This document shows, in pieces, positions 10,517 to 17,845 of a stretch of DNA of 64,000 nucleotides. The translations under genes were made by a program, and so were the position numbers. The DNA lies in IMG/VR virus record IMGVR_UViG_3300041411_000129, positions 1 to 64,000 of that record, one strand, 5' to 3'. Each line of letters begins with the position of its first letter. The stretch's first letter is position 1. Below the pieces are notes generated by a model. The model had not been told where the DNA came from and made no database searches. It worked only from the letters and a program-made list of their open reading frames with translations.

Positions 10517-10552
10517 AAGGCATCTCCTGGAGTCGAAGCTGACTTAAACGGT

Positions 10553-10588
10553 AAATAAGAGAGGACGAGGCCGAAACCCCGCCCTCTC
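10553..10588 (-). terminator. Intrinsic terminator after the 10624..11145 gene
   Basis: Minus strand GAGAGGGCGGGG-TTTCGG-CCTCGTCCTCTC-TTATTT; pairs fully with G-U only on the minus strand. Confidence 0.75.
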
Positions 10589-10623
10589 AGATTTATTTGT
10601 ATTAAGACAGTGGTGAAGACCTA

Positions 10624-11145
10624 TTAAACCGGAACGTAGGTCAGACCGTTCAGATCAGTCACGGTCAGGTATTCAGCCAGGTCGATCTCGTCGGAACGGA
10701 GATGGAAGGTCAAGCTGCCGATATACGCCAGCGAGTCAGCCTTCGCCACGACTTGTACGTCGTGAGTTTCGTTCGGGATACCGCCAGTGAAGGTCGGCAG
10801 GTCGCCATCAACGAAGTCTTCCACGCCGAGGTTGATGCTCAGCAGTGCGTTCAGCTGAGGGATGATGTCGGCGATCTTGGTCGACTCACCCAGGCTGAAG
10901 GTTGCGTCCTTGCCGCTTGGCACGAGGATCGCGGTGTTCAGGTGCAGACGGTTGTACTTGAAGGTCTGGGAACCGGTGAAGCCCGAGCCAGCTTTGGCGG
11001 TCAGGGTCACGGAGGTGTTCAGCAGACCAGTGCTGTTTACGGTTGGCAGACCGATGTCGACAACGCCGTAGGTAATACCTTTGTTGTTGTCGGAGTTGAT
11101 AAGGTCAAGGACTACGACCTTGCTTGCTTTAGTCATATCGCTCAT
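10624..11145 (-). CDS. Short tail-fibre-family structural protein, probably abundant
   Basis: FKYNRL, SLAYIG, TDLNGLTY; strong codon bias like the capsid gene. Confidence 0.85.
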   Translation of the reverse strand: MSDMTKASKVVVLDLINSDNNKGITYGVVDIGLPTVNSTGLLNTSVTLTAKAGSGFTGSQTFKYNRLHLNTAILVPSGKDATFSLGESTKIADIIPQLNALLSINLGVEDFVDGDLPTFTGGIPNETHDVQVVAKADSLAYIGSLTFHLRSDEIDLAEYLTVTDLNGLTYVPV

Positions 11146-11192
11146 TACAGGTACTCTTCAGTAAGTAAGGACAAGTCGGCCTTGGCCAACCA

Positions 11193-11201
11193 CATAGAAT
11201 T
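11193..11201 (-). promoter_or_regulatory. Putative late promoter (AATTCTATG)
   Basis: Same 9-mer recurs at 11775-11783; TATG is the phiKZ late-promoter core. Confidence 0.45.
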
Positions 11202-11216
11202 CTGCATGTTCATGGA

Positions 11217-11744
11217 TCAAACGACAGGCTCGTAGGTCAAGCCAGAGAGATCAGTAACAGGCAGATAAGCGCTCAGAGGAATCAGCTCTGGCTTCACCTC
11301 AAGGATCAATGTGTCGAGATAAACCATCGAGTCAAAGGTAACCTTGAGTTCGACGTTAGCCGACAGCACGGAACTTAGATCCGGCAGGGGTTTGTCGATG
11401 ATCTTGTTTGCCGAAAGATTGATGTTCAACCTTTCATTGATAGCAGGCAAGAGATCGGACAGATTCACTTCATCCGTGATCGTGAACGCTAGTGACGTCG
11501 TATCTGGATCGACGAAGTCTACTAACCTTACTCGATTGTAATAGAAGCTTTGACTACCCTCGTAGCCTCTTCCCGCGATGGCTGTACCAACCATCAGGGT
11601 ATTACGGTTTACCCCAGCTACAGGGGTAAAAACGCTCGGAGTGCCAAACGTCACTTGGCTAGACGTCAAGGTCCGGTTCTGGTTATCTTGACGAATGAGA
11701 TCGATAACGACGTCTATCTCACTCCGTGTGTAGTCAATGGCCAT
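11217..11744 (-). CDS. Short tail-fibre-family structural protein
   Basis: Paralog of 10624 (GSQSFYYNR, TDLSGLTY). Confidence 0.8.
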   Translation of the reverse strand: MAIDYTRSEIDVVIDLIRQDNQNRTLTSSQVTFGTPSVFTPVAGVNRNTLMVGTAIAGRGYEGSQSFYYNRVRLVDFVDPDTTSLAFTITDEVNLSDLLPAINERLNINLSANKIIDKPLPDLSSVLSANVELKVTFDSMVYLDTLILEVKPELIPLSAYLPVTDLSGLTYEPVV

Positions 11745-11774
11745 ACACGAGTTCTCGTTAAGGAGTCAGGAGGT

Positions 11775-11783
11775 CATAGAATT
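11775..11783 (-). promoter_or_regulatory. Putative late promoter (AATTCTATG)
   Basis: Identical to the 11193-11201 motif, upstream of a structural gene. Confidence 0.45.
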
Positions 11784-11787
11784 TCGG

Positions 11788-12327
11788 TCAGTTAATCAAC
11801 TGATCGTAAACTCCACCATCGGTCATTGGCTCGCCCCCAGGCGCTACAAGGCCGTTCAATACGTTGTTCGGGAATTGTGACGCTAGGGTGAGGACTCCGT
11901 TGCTTGCGTTGAGTACAAGCGTTCCTAGCCACACGAATGACCTATTTGTAACGGTGATGGTAACAACACCATTCACGTTGGTGTAATCTTTGATATCGTT
12001 CAGACTTAAAACAAAGTTGTATTTAAGTCTAAGGGCAGTCACCACGCTAGCTGGCGTGATCTCCCCCAGTACTTCGACACTGACAACTGGCTCGCCAATA
12101 TCGATGAATGCTTGCTGCATGTCCAAGCGGTTGTAGTAGTAGACGTAACTACCGGTGATCTGCTTACCACGAGCCGTGGCGCCTACCTTGGTGTTCTTTC
12201 CATCGAACTCGCCAGGCACCAATCCGGTGAAAGACAAATTCGACGTACTCAGCGTTACGCCGTATCCTTCTAGGATGGCCTGATTCGCTACCTGAATCAT
12301 CTCGGCCAGCATTTCCTCACCGGTCAT
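11788..12327 (-). CDS. Short tail-fibre-family structural protein
   Basis: YYYNRLD, VWLGTL, NVLNGL. Confidence 0.75.
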   Translation of the reverse strand: MTGEEMLAEMIQVANQAILEGYGVTLSTSNLSFTGLVPGEFDGKNTKVGATARGKQITGSYVYYYNRLDMQQAFIDIGEPVVSVEVLGEITPASVVTALRLKYNFVLSLNDIKDYTNVNGVVTITVTNRSFVWLGTLVLNASNGVLTLASQFPNNVLNGLVAPGGEPMTDGGVYDQLIN

Positions 12328-12387
12328 AGTCGATACCTGTGCATAAATGGATTAACTGTACATCCTATTTGGATTGGAATGAAAAAG

Positions 12388-12405
12388 ATTACAGTCATAT
12401 ATTGT
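12388..12405 (+). promoter_or_regulatory. Putative early (virion RNAP) promoter
   Basis: ATTACAGTCATATATTGT; similar motifs at 15998, 20863 and 36632; resembles phiKZ early TATATTAC. Confidence 0.7.
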
Positions 12406-12445
12406 CGGAGTACACATAACAACGAGATCCATTCTGGATACGTTG

Positions 12446-12461
12446 AACGACCGAGGAGGTC
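12446..12461 (+). promoter_or_regulatory. RBS hairpin copy 1 (AAC GACC GAGGA GGTC)
   Basis: Repeated motif directly before the ATG. Confidence 0.85.
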
Positions 12462-12464
12462 ACC

Positions 12465-12803
12465 ATGTCCACAGTTTTCAATGTAAAAGCAGCTTACGAG
12501 GCTGTAACCAACATCCCTGAGATGATTAAATGGTTACAGGACGTTCAAGCTGTGATGCTCGAGGAGATCGATAACTGGACCTATACCGGGTCTGGCGATT
12601 TCCGTGCCAAGATCGCTGCCCTCGATGAGTGGACAGCCAAGCACCTCTCGCAGATGGCTAACGTCAGCGAGTTGTGGATCACGCTTGATCATGATCAAGC
12701 GATGGCAAAGCTCAACGACTTCAGTGATAGGCTAGATGCCCATCGCGCAAGTATCGTTGAGTTCGGGCAGAAGGTGGAGGAACTGAAGGCCGATCTTGGC
12801 TAA
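12465..12803 (+). CDS. Hypothetical early protein (helical)
   Basis: 112 aa, strong SD; N-terminus paralogous to the next gene. Confidence 0.85.
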   Translation: MSTVFNVKAAYEAVTNIPEMIKWLQDVQAVMLEEIDNWTYTGSGDFRAKIAALDEWTAKHLSQMANVSELWITLDHDQAMAKLNDFSDRLDAHRASIVEFGQKVEELKADLG

Positions 12804-12846
12804 GGTTTCCCACTTAACAACGTCATCCATTTCGGGTGACGTCACC

Positions 12847-12862
12847 AACGACCGTGGAGGTC
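12847..12862 (+). promoter_or_regulatory. RBS hairpin copy 2 (AAC GACC GTGGA GGTC)
   Basis: Repeated motif; defines start at 12866. Confidence 0.85.
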
Positions 12863-12865
12863 CAG

Positions 12866-13114
12866 ATGTCAGAGTTCAATGCGAAAGAAGCTTACGAGTT
12901 AGTTGTAGACAAAGCTGGCATGATTGATTGGGTGCTTTCAGTTAGCGATCAGCTTTCTAAAGAATCCGATCGTCGAGCTGCTGCTATCTCGATGGGGCGG
13001 CATGCTACCTTGATGTCTAACGAGGAGTGGGATGCGCTGGCTAAAGAGTACACCGATTGGACCATGCAGGAACAATCTCTGACCGCCTTCTGCTTCTCTT
13101 TGTTCAAACCCTAG
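12866..13114 (+). CDS. Hypothetical early protein, paralog of 12465
   Basis: MSEFNAKEAYELV..MIDW versus MSTVFNVKAAYEAV..MIKW. Confidence 0.8.
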   Translation: MSEFNAKEAYELVVDKAGMIDWVLSVSDQLSKESDRRAAAISMGRHATLMSNEEWDALAKEYTDWTMQEQSLTAFCFSLFKP

Positions 13115-13118
13115 ATAC

Positions 13119-13143
13119 AAAAGGCCGGCAATACTGCCGGCCT
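13119..13143. terminator. Stem-loop (short U-tract on minus strand)
   Basis: AAA-AGGCCGGCA-ATAC-TGCCGGCCT. Confidence 0.55.
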
Positions 13144-13148
13144 ATCCC

Positions 13149-13164
13149 AACGACTGAGGAAGTC
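13149..13164 (+). promoter_or_regulatory. RBS hairpin copy 3 (AAC GACT GAGGA AGTC)
   Basis: Compensatory C-G to T-A stem change. Confidence 0.85.
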
Positions 13165-13169
13165 CGACC

Positions 13170-13499
13170 ATGATGAACATCCCGACATTCTTGAAGCTGT
13201 GCGCAGTAGTTGCAACCATTGGCGCCGCAGCTGGTGCTACCGTAAGCTATCTGGAACGTAAAGAGAATCTCCGGAAGGCCGAAGTTATCAAACGCAACAT
13301 CTCCGATCTGGTACGTCTCTGCGATGACATCGTTGCACTGTACGGTCAGAAATCTCTGAGCGCCCAACAGTTGGCAAACCTGATGGAGATCCGTCGTCGT
13401 AACGATAGCAAGTTCGCCAACATGCGGTACGATGAGATCCTGGTGATTCAAAGCCAGATCGAAGTTATCTACAACGTTCTTAACTCCAGCCGTCCCTAA
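13170..13499 (+). CDS. Hypothetical early protein with N-terminal membrane anchor
   Basis: Hydrophobic N-terminus; paralog of 13518 (L.G...LS..Q...L...R....FA...Y.E). Confidence 0.85.
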   Translation: MMNIPTFLKLCAVVATIGAAAGATVSYLERKENLRKAEVIKRNISDLVRLCDDIVALYGQKSLSAQQLANLMEIRRRNDSKFANMRYDEILVIQSQIEVIYNVLNSSRP

Positions 13500-13513
13500 C
13501 GTCCGAGGAGGAC
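13498..13513 (+). promoter_or_regulatory. RBS hairpin copy 4 (AAC GTCC GAGGA GGAC)
   Basis: Compensatory A-T to T-A stem change. Confidence 0.85.
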
Positions 13514-13517
13514 TATC

Positions 13518-13856
13518 ATGATTTCCGATGCAATCAAAATCGCAGCAGGCTTGACAACAATCGCAGCGACTGTCGGTGGGTTGATTTATTACGTCAGTAA
13601 GAAAACCGCCGAGAACGACCTCCTGCTTATCAAACAGAAGGTTGGCGCTAACATCGACTTCATCGATGCTTACGTCGCCCTGATGGGTAGCGATGCTCTG
13701 TCGGTGAAACAGATGGGTGAGTTGGAGCAGCTGCGTCAAGACTACAAGGTCAACTTCGCCACCTGTACGTACAACGAGATGGTTATCCTGTTGGCTCAAT
13801 CCAACGGCATCTACATGACCGTCCGTGACGCTGCGAAAGCGCATCAGAAGAAATGA
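13518..13856 (+). CDS. Hypothetical early protein with N-terminal membrane anchor
   Basis: Paralog of 13170. Confidence 0.85.
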   Translation: MISDAIKIAAGLTTIAATVGGLIYYVSKKTAENDLLLIKQKVGANIDFIDAYVALMGSDALSVKQMGELEQLRQDYKVNFATCTYNEMVILLAQSNGIYMTVRDAAKAHQKK

Positions 13857-14314
13857 TCGGTAAAGATCCGGTTGAACTGTTTCTTACTGAGTTAGCAGAG
13901 AGCGTTCCAAACGCTCTCGTTGTTTTTACTCAAGGTAATTGTTTCAAGCTGTACTTGATACTGCGTAGGGTTTACCCGCAAGCAAAGCCGTACTACGCGA
14001 TGTGTCCAGGACATGTTTACACGGAGATCGACGGAAGCTACTACGACATCTGGGGTAAAGTCTCCAGCATCGAATTGAAGCGAATGCAGAACTACCTGAT
14101 CTACCTCCCTGAAGAACCGCGGATATTCAAAGAAGCATTCCGCTGGCAATACCAACCCGAACTCGAAACGACTGAGGAAGTCTCATGCAAAGCATCGAAC
14201 AGCAAATCAAAGATGATGTCACTAAAGTCATTGGTGACAAGAACACTCTCGCGGCTATCGACGAAGCTATCGAAAGCACTGACTACGGCAAGAAGTTCCA
14301 CGCCAACTGGATGA
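13853..14314 (+). CDS. Putative transglutaminase/papain-like Cys-His-Asp protein
   Basis: GNCF...GHVY...YYDIWG; ATGA overlap with upstream stop. Confidence 0.6.
   Translation: MIGKDPVELFLTELAESVPNALVVFTQGNCFKLYLILRRVYPQAKPYYAMCPGHVYTEIDGSYYDIWGKVSSIELKRMQNYLIYLPEEPRIFKEAFRWQYQPELETTEEVSCKASNSKSKMMSLKSLVTRTLSRLSTKLSKALTTARSSTPTG
14167..14182 (+). promoter_or_regulatory. RBS hairpin copy 5 (AAC GACT GAGGA AGTC)
   Basis: Identical to copy 3; lies inside the upstream ORF. Confidence 0.85.
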
Positions 14315-14712
14315 TCGCCCGCGGCTTCTACAACCTCGGCATGAACATCGACTGGACGATTGCCGTTGAGCGTGCCAACGACGTTGTCGCGAAAGATCCG
14401 GATGACCTGGGCTGCAAGATGGCATTCATCGACGCCGACGGCATCGAGACTCTCATCATCCCAGGTAAACACGGCGGCGCTGTCATGCGTGCTAATAAGA
14501 CCGTAGAACTCTACGGTAAGTACAAGTCCTGCAATCTTGACGTGTGGATGGCTCTTGATGGCATCAGCCTTACACACACCTTGCTGGACCTCATGACGCA
14601 AGGTCTTCCATTCATGGGCCTTCTGCCAATCCTCGATTCCATTATCGAGAAGAAAGCAGACCGTGATGAGATGACCCGCCTCCACGCCAAATTCAGAAGC
14701 TACCTCGCTTAA
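14185..14712 (+). CDS. Hypothetical early protein
   Basis: 175 aa, typical codon usage, SD present. Confidence 0.85.
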   Translation: MQSIEQQIKDDVTKVIGDKNTLAAIDEAIESTDYGKKFHANWMIARGFYNLGMNIDWTIAVERANDVVAKDPDDLGCKMAFIDADGIETLIIPGKHGGAVMRANKTVELYGKYKSCNLDVWMALDGISLTHTLLDLMTQGLPFMGLLPILDSIIEKKADRDEMTRLHAKFRSYLA

Positions 14713-14722
14713 GGAAACAATC

Positions 14723-15076
14723 ATGTCACTCGTATCTACAACCATCATGGGTAATGACCTGGTGCTCGGTTCTCATGACGACCCACCAGTCGGTCACCGG
14801 GTTGGTTCGGTTCCGGTGAAGTTCGATAACGGTAAGACCGAGTACATCAGCGTATTCGGTTCTATCCACATCTACACCGACTCCAGAGAGCGTGATCACT
14901 TCGAATCAGAACTGCGTAAGTTCTGCCAAGATCCTGATACCGTTCAGAAGGTTCTCGGTGTCGCAGTCCAGAGCGCCCACGCTAAACGCTTCAACCCCTC
15001 ACGCTCCCAAACCGATCGCGGCTATTATCGCGCCGGTCGTAACGGGAATGTGGAATCACACCAACGCAGCATGTAA
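14723..15076 (+). CDS. Hypothetical early protein
   Basis: 117 aa, SD TAAGGA. Confidence 0.8.
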   Translation: MSLVSTTIMGNDLVLGSHDDPPVGHRVGSVPVKFDNGKTEYISVFGSIHIYTDSRERDHFESELRKFCQDPDTVQKVLGVAVQSAHAKRFNPSRSQTDRGYYRAGRNGNVESHQRSM

Positions 15077-15089
15077 CACCATTATACCT

Positions 15090-15105
15090 AACGACCGCGG
15101 AGGTC
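15090..15105 (+). promoter_or_regulatory. RBS hairpin copy 6 (AAC GACC GCGGA GGTC)
   Basis: Repeated motif before ATG 15110. Confidence 0.85.
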
Positions 15106-15109
15106 ACAG

Positions 15110-15628
15110 ATGTCTACTTACAAAGCATACAAACTTGAAGGCCGTAAAGTTGTTCTCTCCGAGAATGGCGTATCGAAAGTAATCATTCCACCAGTTGGCA
15201 TTTGCTTCAGTGAAATGCGTAACACTTGGCAAGCCAACATCCTGGACGAGAACGGCGAATGGATGGCAGTGCGTTACAGCGCTAACACCCACGGTTTCAT
15301 GGAAGCACTTCAGATGGCAATGGATGTGCGGGAACTGTCCCTTAAGTTCCTCCTCAATGTTCGTATGCTCCCACGCTTGCGTAAAGCTTATGACATCAAA
15401 GAAGTAGGTGGTTTGTTCCGAGTTCGCGACCCTATCGAGAAGTGCTACAAGTTCTTCACGACTAAAGCTTTCGCTAAAGCCTTCAACGAGGCAGTCACAG
15501 CGAAGTGGGTTGATAACCATCGGTTCGATGCAGACGAAATGGTTCAGCCGTACATGCCAGAGATTCCATTGGTACGGATGGACTACCTTACAGCCATTAG
15601 CCCAGCTGCCTCACGGAGCATTCACTAA
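15110..15628 (+). CDS. Putative AP2-domain DNA-binding protein
   Basis: GICF...WQANI...RYSANTHGFMEALQMAMDVR fits the AP2 pattern; no HNH motif. Confidence 0.6.
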   Translation: MSTYKAYKLEGRKVVLSENGVSKVIIPPVGICFSEMRNTWQANILDENGEWMAVRYSANTHGFMEALQMAMDVRELSLKFLLNVRMLPRLRKAYDIKEVGGLFRVRDPIEKCYKFFTTKAFAKAFNEAVTAKWVDNHRFDADEMVQPYMPEIPLVRMDYLTAISPAASRSIH

Positions 15629-15786
15629 TGAATAAGCCAGGGATTCCGTTGGAAGATGTAATCGACGCTTCTGTAAAGCGCCGCAAGCGTCGTAACCGCG
15701 ATAAGGCTATCCGCGCATCTTGCGCAGTATTCATCGCGCTCAACGTTGTATTCATCATCGGTTATTCGGTAAGCAAGTATGTCTGA
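15628..15786 (+). CDS. Small membrane protein, 52 aa (not in ORF track)
   Basis: MNKPGIPLEDVIDASVKRRKRRNRDKAIRASCAVFIALNVVFIIGYSVSKYV; TAATG overlap, SD GGAG. Confidence 0.7.
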   Translation: MNKPGIPLEDVIDASVKRRKRRNRDKAIRASCAVFIALNVVFIIGYSVSKYV

Positions 15787-15997
15787 GGTCGAACCTGAGT
15801 TTGAAGAAGAAAGGGTTGACAATCTGACTCTGTGGTTACTTGCAGCGGCACTGTCGTTCGGTCTTTCCATCTCGATGGTCTACATCGACTGGCATGATCG
15901 GACGAGCCGCTGCGTCGGCTCTAAAGAAGTGGTACGTGCTGGTATCGCACTGGACGTAAGTTCAGGGGTAGTTGTTCGAGACTGCCCAGTCGAATAA
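15779..15997 (+). CDS. Small membrane protein
   Basis: 72 aa, one TM segment, two C-terminal Cys. Confidence 0.65.
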   Translation: MSEVEPEFEEERVDNLTLWLLAAALSFGLSISMVYIDWHDRTSRCVGSKEVVRAGIALDVSSGVVVRDCPVE

Positions 15998-16015
15998 ATT
16001 ACAGACAGATATCAT
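15998..16015 (+). promoter_or_regulatory. Putative early promoter
   Basis: ATTACAGACAGATATCAT. Confidence 0.65.
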
Positions 16016-16051
16016 CCACTCGCAACAATCACCTAATGCAAGGAGTTTCAA

Positions 16052-16198
16052 ATGCGTGAAGTACTATTGATCAGCTTCGGTATTGGTCTCGGCTATTACA
16101 TTCGTCATCTGCGTGCGCAGCGCGACGATGAGGAGTTGAAGCTTAAAGGTGCTGAAGCAGCAGCAGCTCGTAAGGCGGCTGAATCGGCAACTGCCTAA
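16052..16198 (+). CDS. Small membrane-anchored protein, 48 aa (not in ORF track)
   Basis: MREVLLISFGIGLGYYIRHLRAQRDDEELKLKGAEAAAARKAAESATA; SD AAGGAG; own promoter and terminator. Confidence 0.8.
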   Translation: MREVLLISFGIGLGYYIRHLRAQRDDEELKLKGAEAAAARKAAESATA

Positions 16199-16202
16199 AC
16201 GG

Positions 16203-16249
16203 CATAGAGAGCGTGGCGCAAGCCACGCTCTCATTACTTCTTTTTTTTT
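16203..16249. terminator. Bidirectional terminator
   Basis: GAGAGCGTGGC-GCAA-GCCACGCTCTC then T9, between convergent genes. Confidence 0.9.
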
Positions 16250-16262
16250 GTCGTGAAATCGA

Positions 16263-17807
16263 TCAATCGTCGAAGTCGCGCCAATCAGAACCACCTTCGC
16301 CATTGGTAGTACGCGCACCTACTTTCTTATACGAAAGATCTTCGTCAAGAAGCAGATCGTACTTGAAGCCCATCATTGGGTAATCTAAGAACTTCAATGC
16401 GTAATACTTATCCTGTTCCTGAGTTGCACCGATCTTACGATGCTTACCCCATTGGAACTCAGCCCATGCTTGACCTTGGTGAATAGTCTTCGCGGTAAAG
16501 ACCTCATAGTCAAACTCGGTGTTGAGCTTCTTGGAACCCTCGTAGTAGCCTTTATCCACCAGACGCTTGATGTAGTCGTCAGGATAGGTACGGGCCAAGT
16601 CACGAGTCGCTGGAGACAGTTGGTGAGCTGTGTACGCAAAGATGTTGTTTGGTGACGTGAACTTACGGACGCGACGGTGCGCTCCTTGAATCTCGTCACC
16701 AGCAACAGCCGCCACGATGTTGTTCTTGGTCAGCAGGTTGATGTAGTCGCAACCAGCCGAAACAATCTCGTAGCCTTCTTTGATGAATTGCTTCAAGTCG
16801 TCGATGTAGTCGTCGACGTCTGCACCACGAGTGTAGTCCAGAATCATGACGTGCCAGCCATTGGCTGTCATCTTGTCGAAAACGTACTGAGCGATCTCAC
16901 GAGAGTCGACGCCCTTAGTTACAACAGGTAGACCAAACTCGTATTGCATCAACAGCGTGTATAGCTTCTGAAGAACCAGCTCGGGTTTATCTTCCGCAGT
17001 AGCAAACACATGCAGCGGTTTCTTCGTCTCATCGAACAGCACGGGACTGTTGAAGATACAGAATGCAAACAGCTGATCCAGCAGAGTACCGGACTTGTTC
17101 ATACCCGGCAATGCGGATACGTTAGCCCATTCACCACGACGTGCGCCTTCCTGATCACCAGTCATCCGGTTAGCGGCCTTGAAGCCGTATTTGAGGATAG
17201 CTCGTGGATCAATGGCAAGCTGAGCCATCGCGTAGACTTCCGACAGGCTTTCAACATCACTGATGTCAATGCGGCGCATCGCACCACCAGCTTGACGCTT
17301 ACCAGACAATGGAAGCTCTGTCATCTTGGCGATGATCTCTTCACGGAAGCGTGCAACGTCACCGACCTTCTCACGATCAAAGCCGAGCTTACGTGCAGCG
17401 TCACGCAGGAGTTTCGTGAACTCCTCTACCCCGATAAAGTCGTACAGCTCGGCTGTTGCTTCATCGAGTTTATCCTTGGCTGCATCAGGATCGTCCACCA
17501 GAAGAATGGTGCGGGTAAATAGATCATATAGGCGATCATTATCCCCTGCGGCGATTCGGATGCGACCCATTAGGTCGTTAATGTCGTACGGATGCTCTGA
17601 TCCTTTCTTCTTCATCCAGATGACTAAGTTCCGAACTCGGGACAAAGCGTTGTGTTCCCGGTTGGAGTTTGAAGCATCATCAGTTAGATGAAGGTGATCG
17701 AGTGTACGATCGATTACATTGAGCAAAGCCTCAGGGTCATTCTTGCCCGAATGACTCGAGTAGTACATGGCACTGATGGCCTTGGCTAACAGTAGCTTAA
17801 TTTCCAT
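16263..17807 (-). CDS. dnaB: DnaB-like replicative helicase (phiKZ gp118-like)
   Basis: Walker A variant ALPGMNKS, DYINLL, TAHQLS, GKHR motifs; divergent from capsid operon. Confidence 0.9.
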   Translation of the reverse strand: MEIKLLLAKAISAMYYSSHSGKNDPEALLNVIDRTLDHLHLTDDASNSNREHNALSRVRNLVIWMKKKGSEHPYDINDLMGRIRIAAGDNDRLYDLFTRTILLVDDPDAAKDKLDEATAELYDFIGVEEFTKLLRDAARKLGFDREKVGDVARFREEIIAKMTELPLSGKRQAGGAMRRIDISDVESLSEVYAMAQLAIDPRAILKYGFKAANRMTGDQEGARRGEWANVSALPGMNKSGTLLDQLFAFCIFNSPVLFDETKKPLHVFATAEDKPELVLQKLYTLLMQYEFGLPVVTKGVDSREIAQYVFDKMTANGWHVMILDYTRGADVDDYIDDLKQFIKEGYEIVSAGCDYINLLTKNNIVAAVAGDEIQGAHRRVRKFTSPNNIFAYTAHQLSPATRDLARTYPDDYIKRLVDKGYYEGSKKLNTEFDYEVFTAKTIHQGQAWAEFQWGKHRKIGATQEQDKYYALKFLDYPMMGFKYDLLLDEDLSYKKVGARTTNGEGGSDWRDFDD

Positions 17808-17845
17808 ACCGCCTCACCGCAGGCAAATTGAATTGGGGATATCTC

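Noticed and set aside
12835-12846. Perfect palindrome GGTGACGTCACC before RBS copy 2
   Set aside because: Single occurrence with no supporting second copy; may be chance
12446-15105. Repeated 16-mer as a CRISPR array or integron attC sites
   Set aside because: Spacing is whole genes of irregular length, the repeat is short and tied to start codons, and no cas or integrase gene is in the window
16263-17807. Non-canonical DnaB Walker A (and degenerate SbcC signature) as inactivation
   Set aside because: The catalytic Lys and other motifs are retained, and divergent motifs are usual in phiKZ-like homologs
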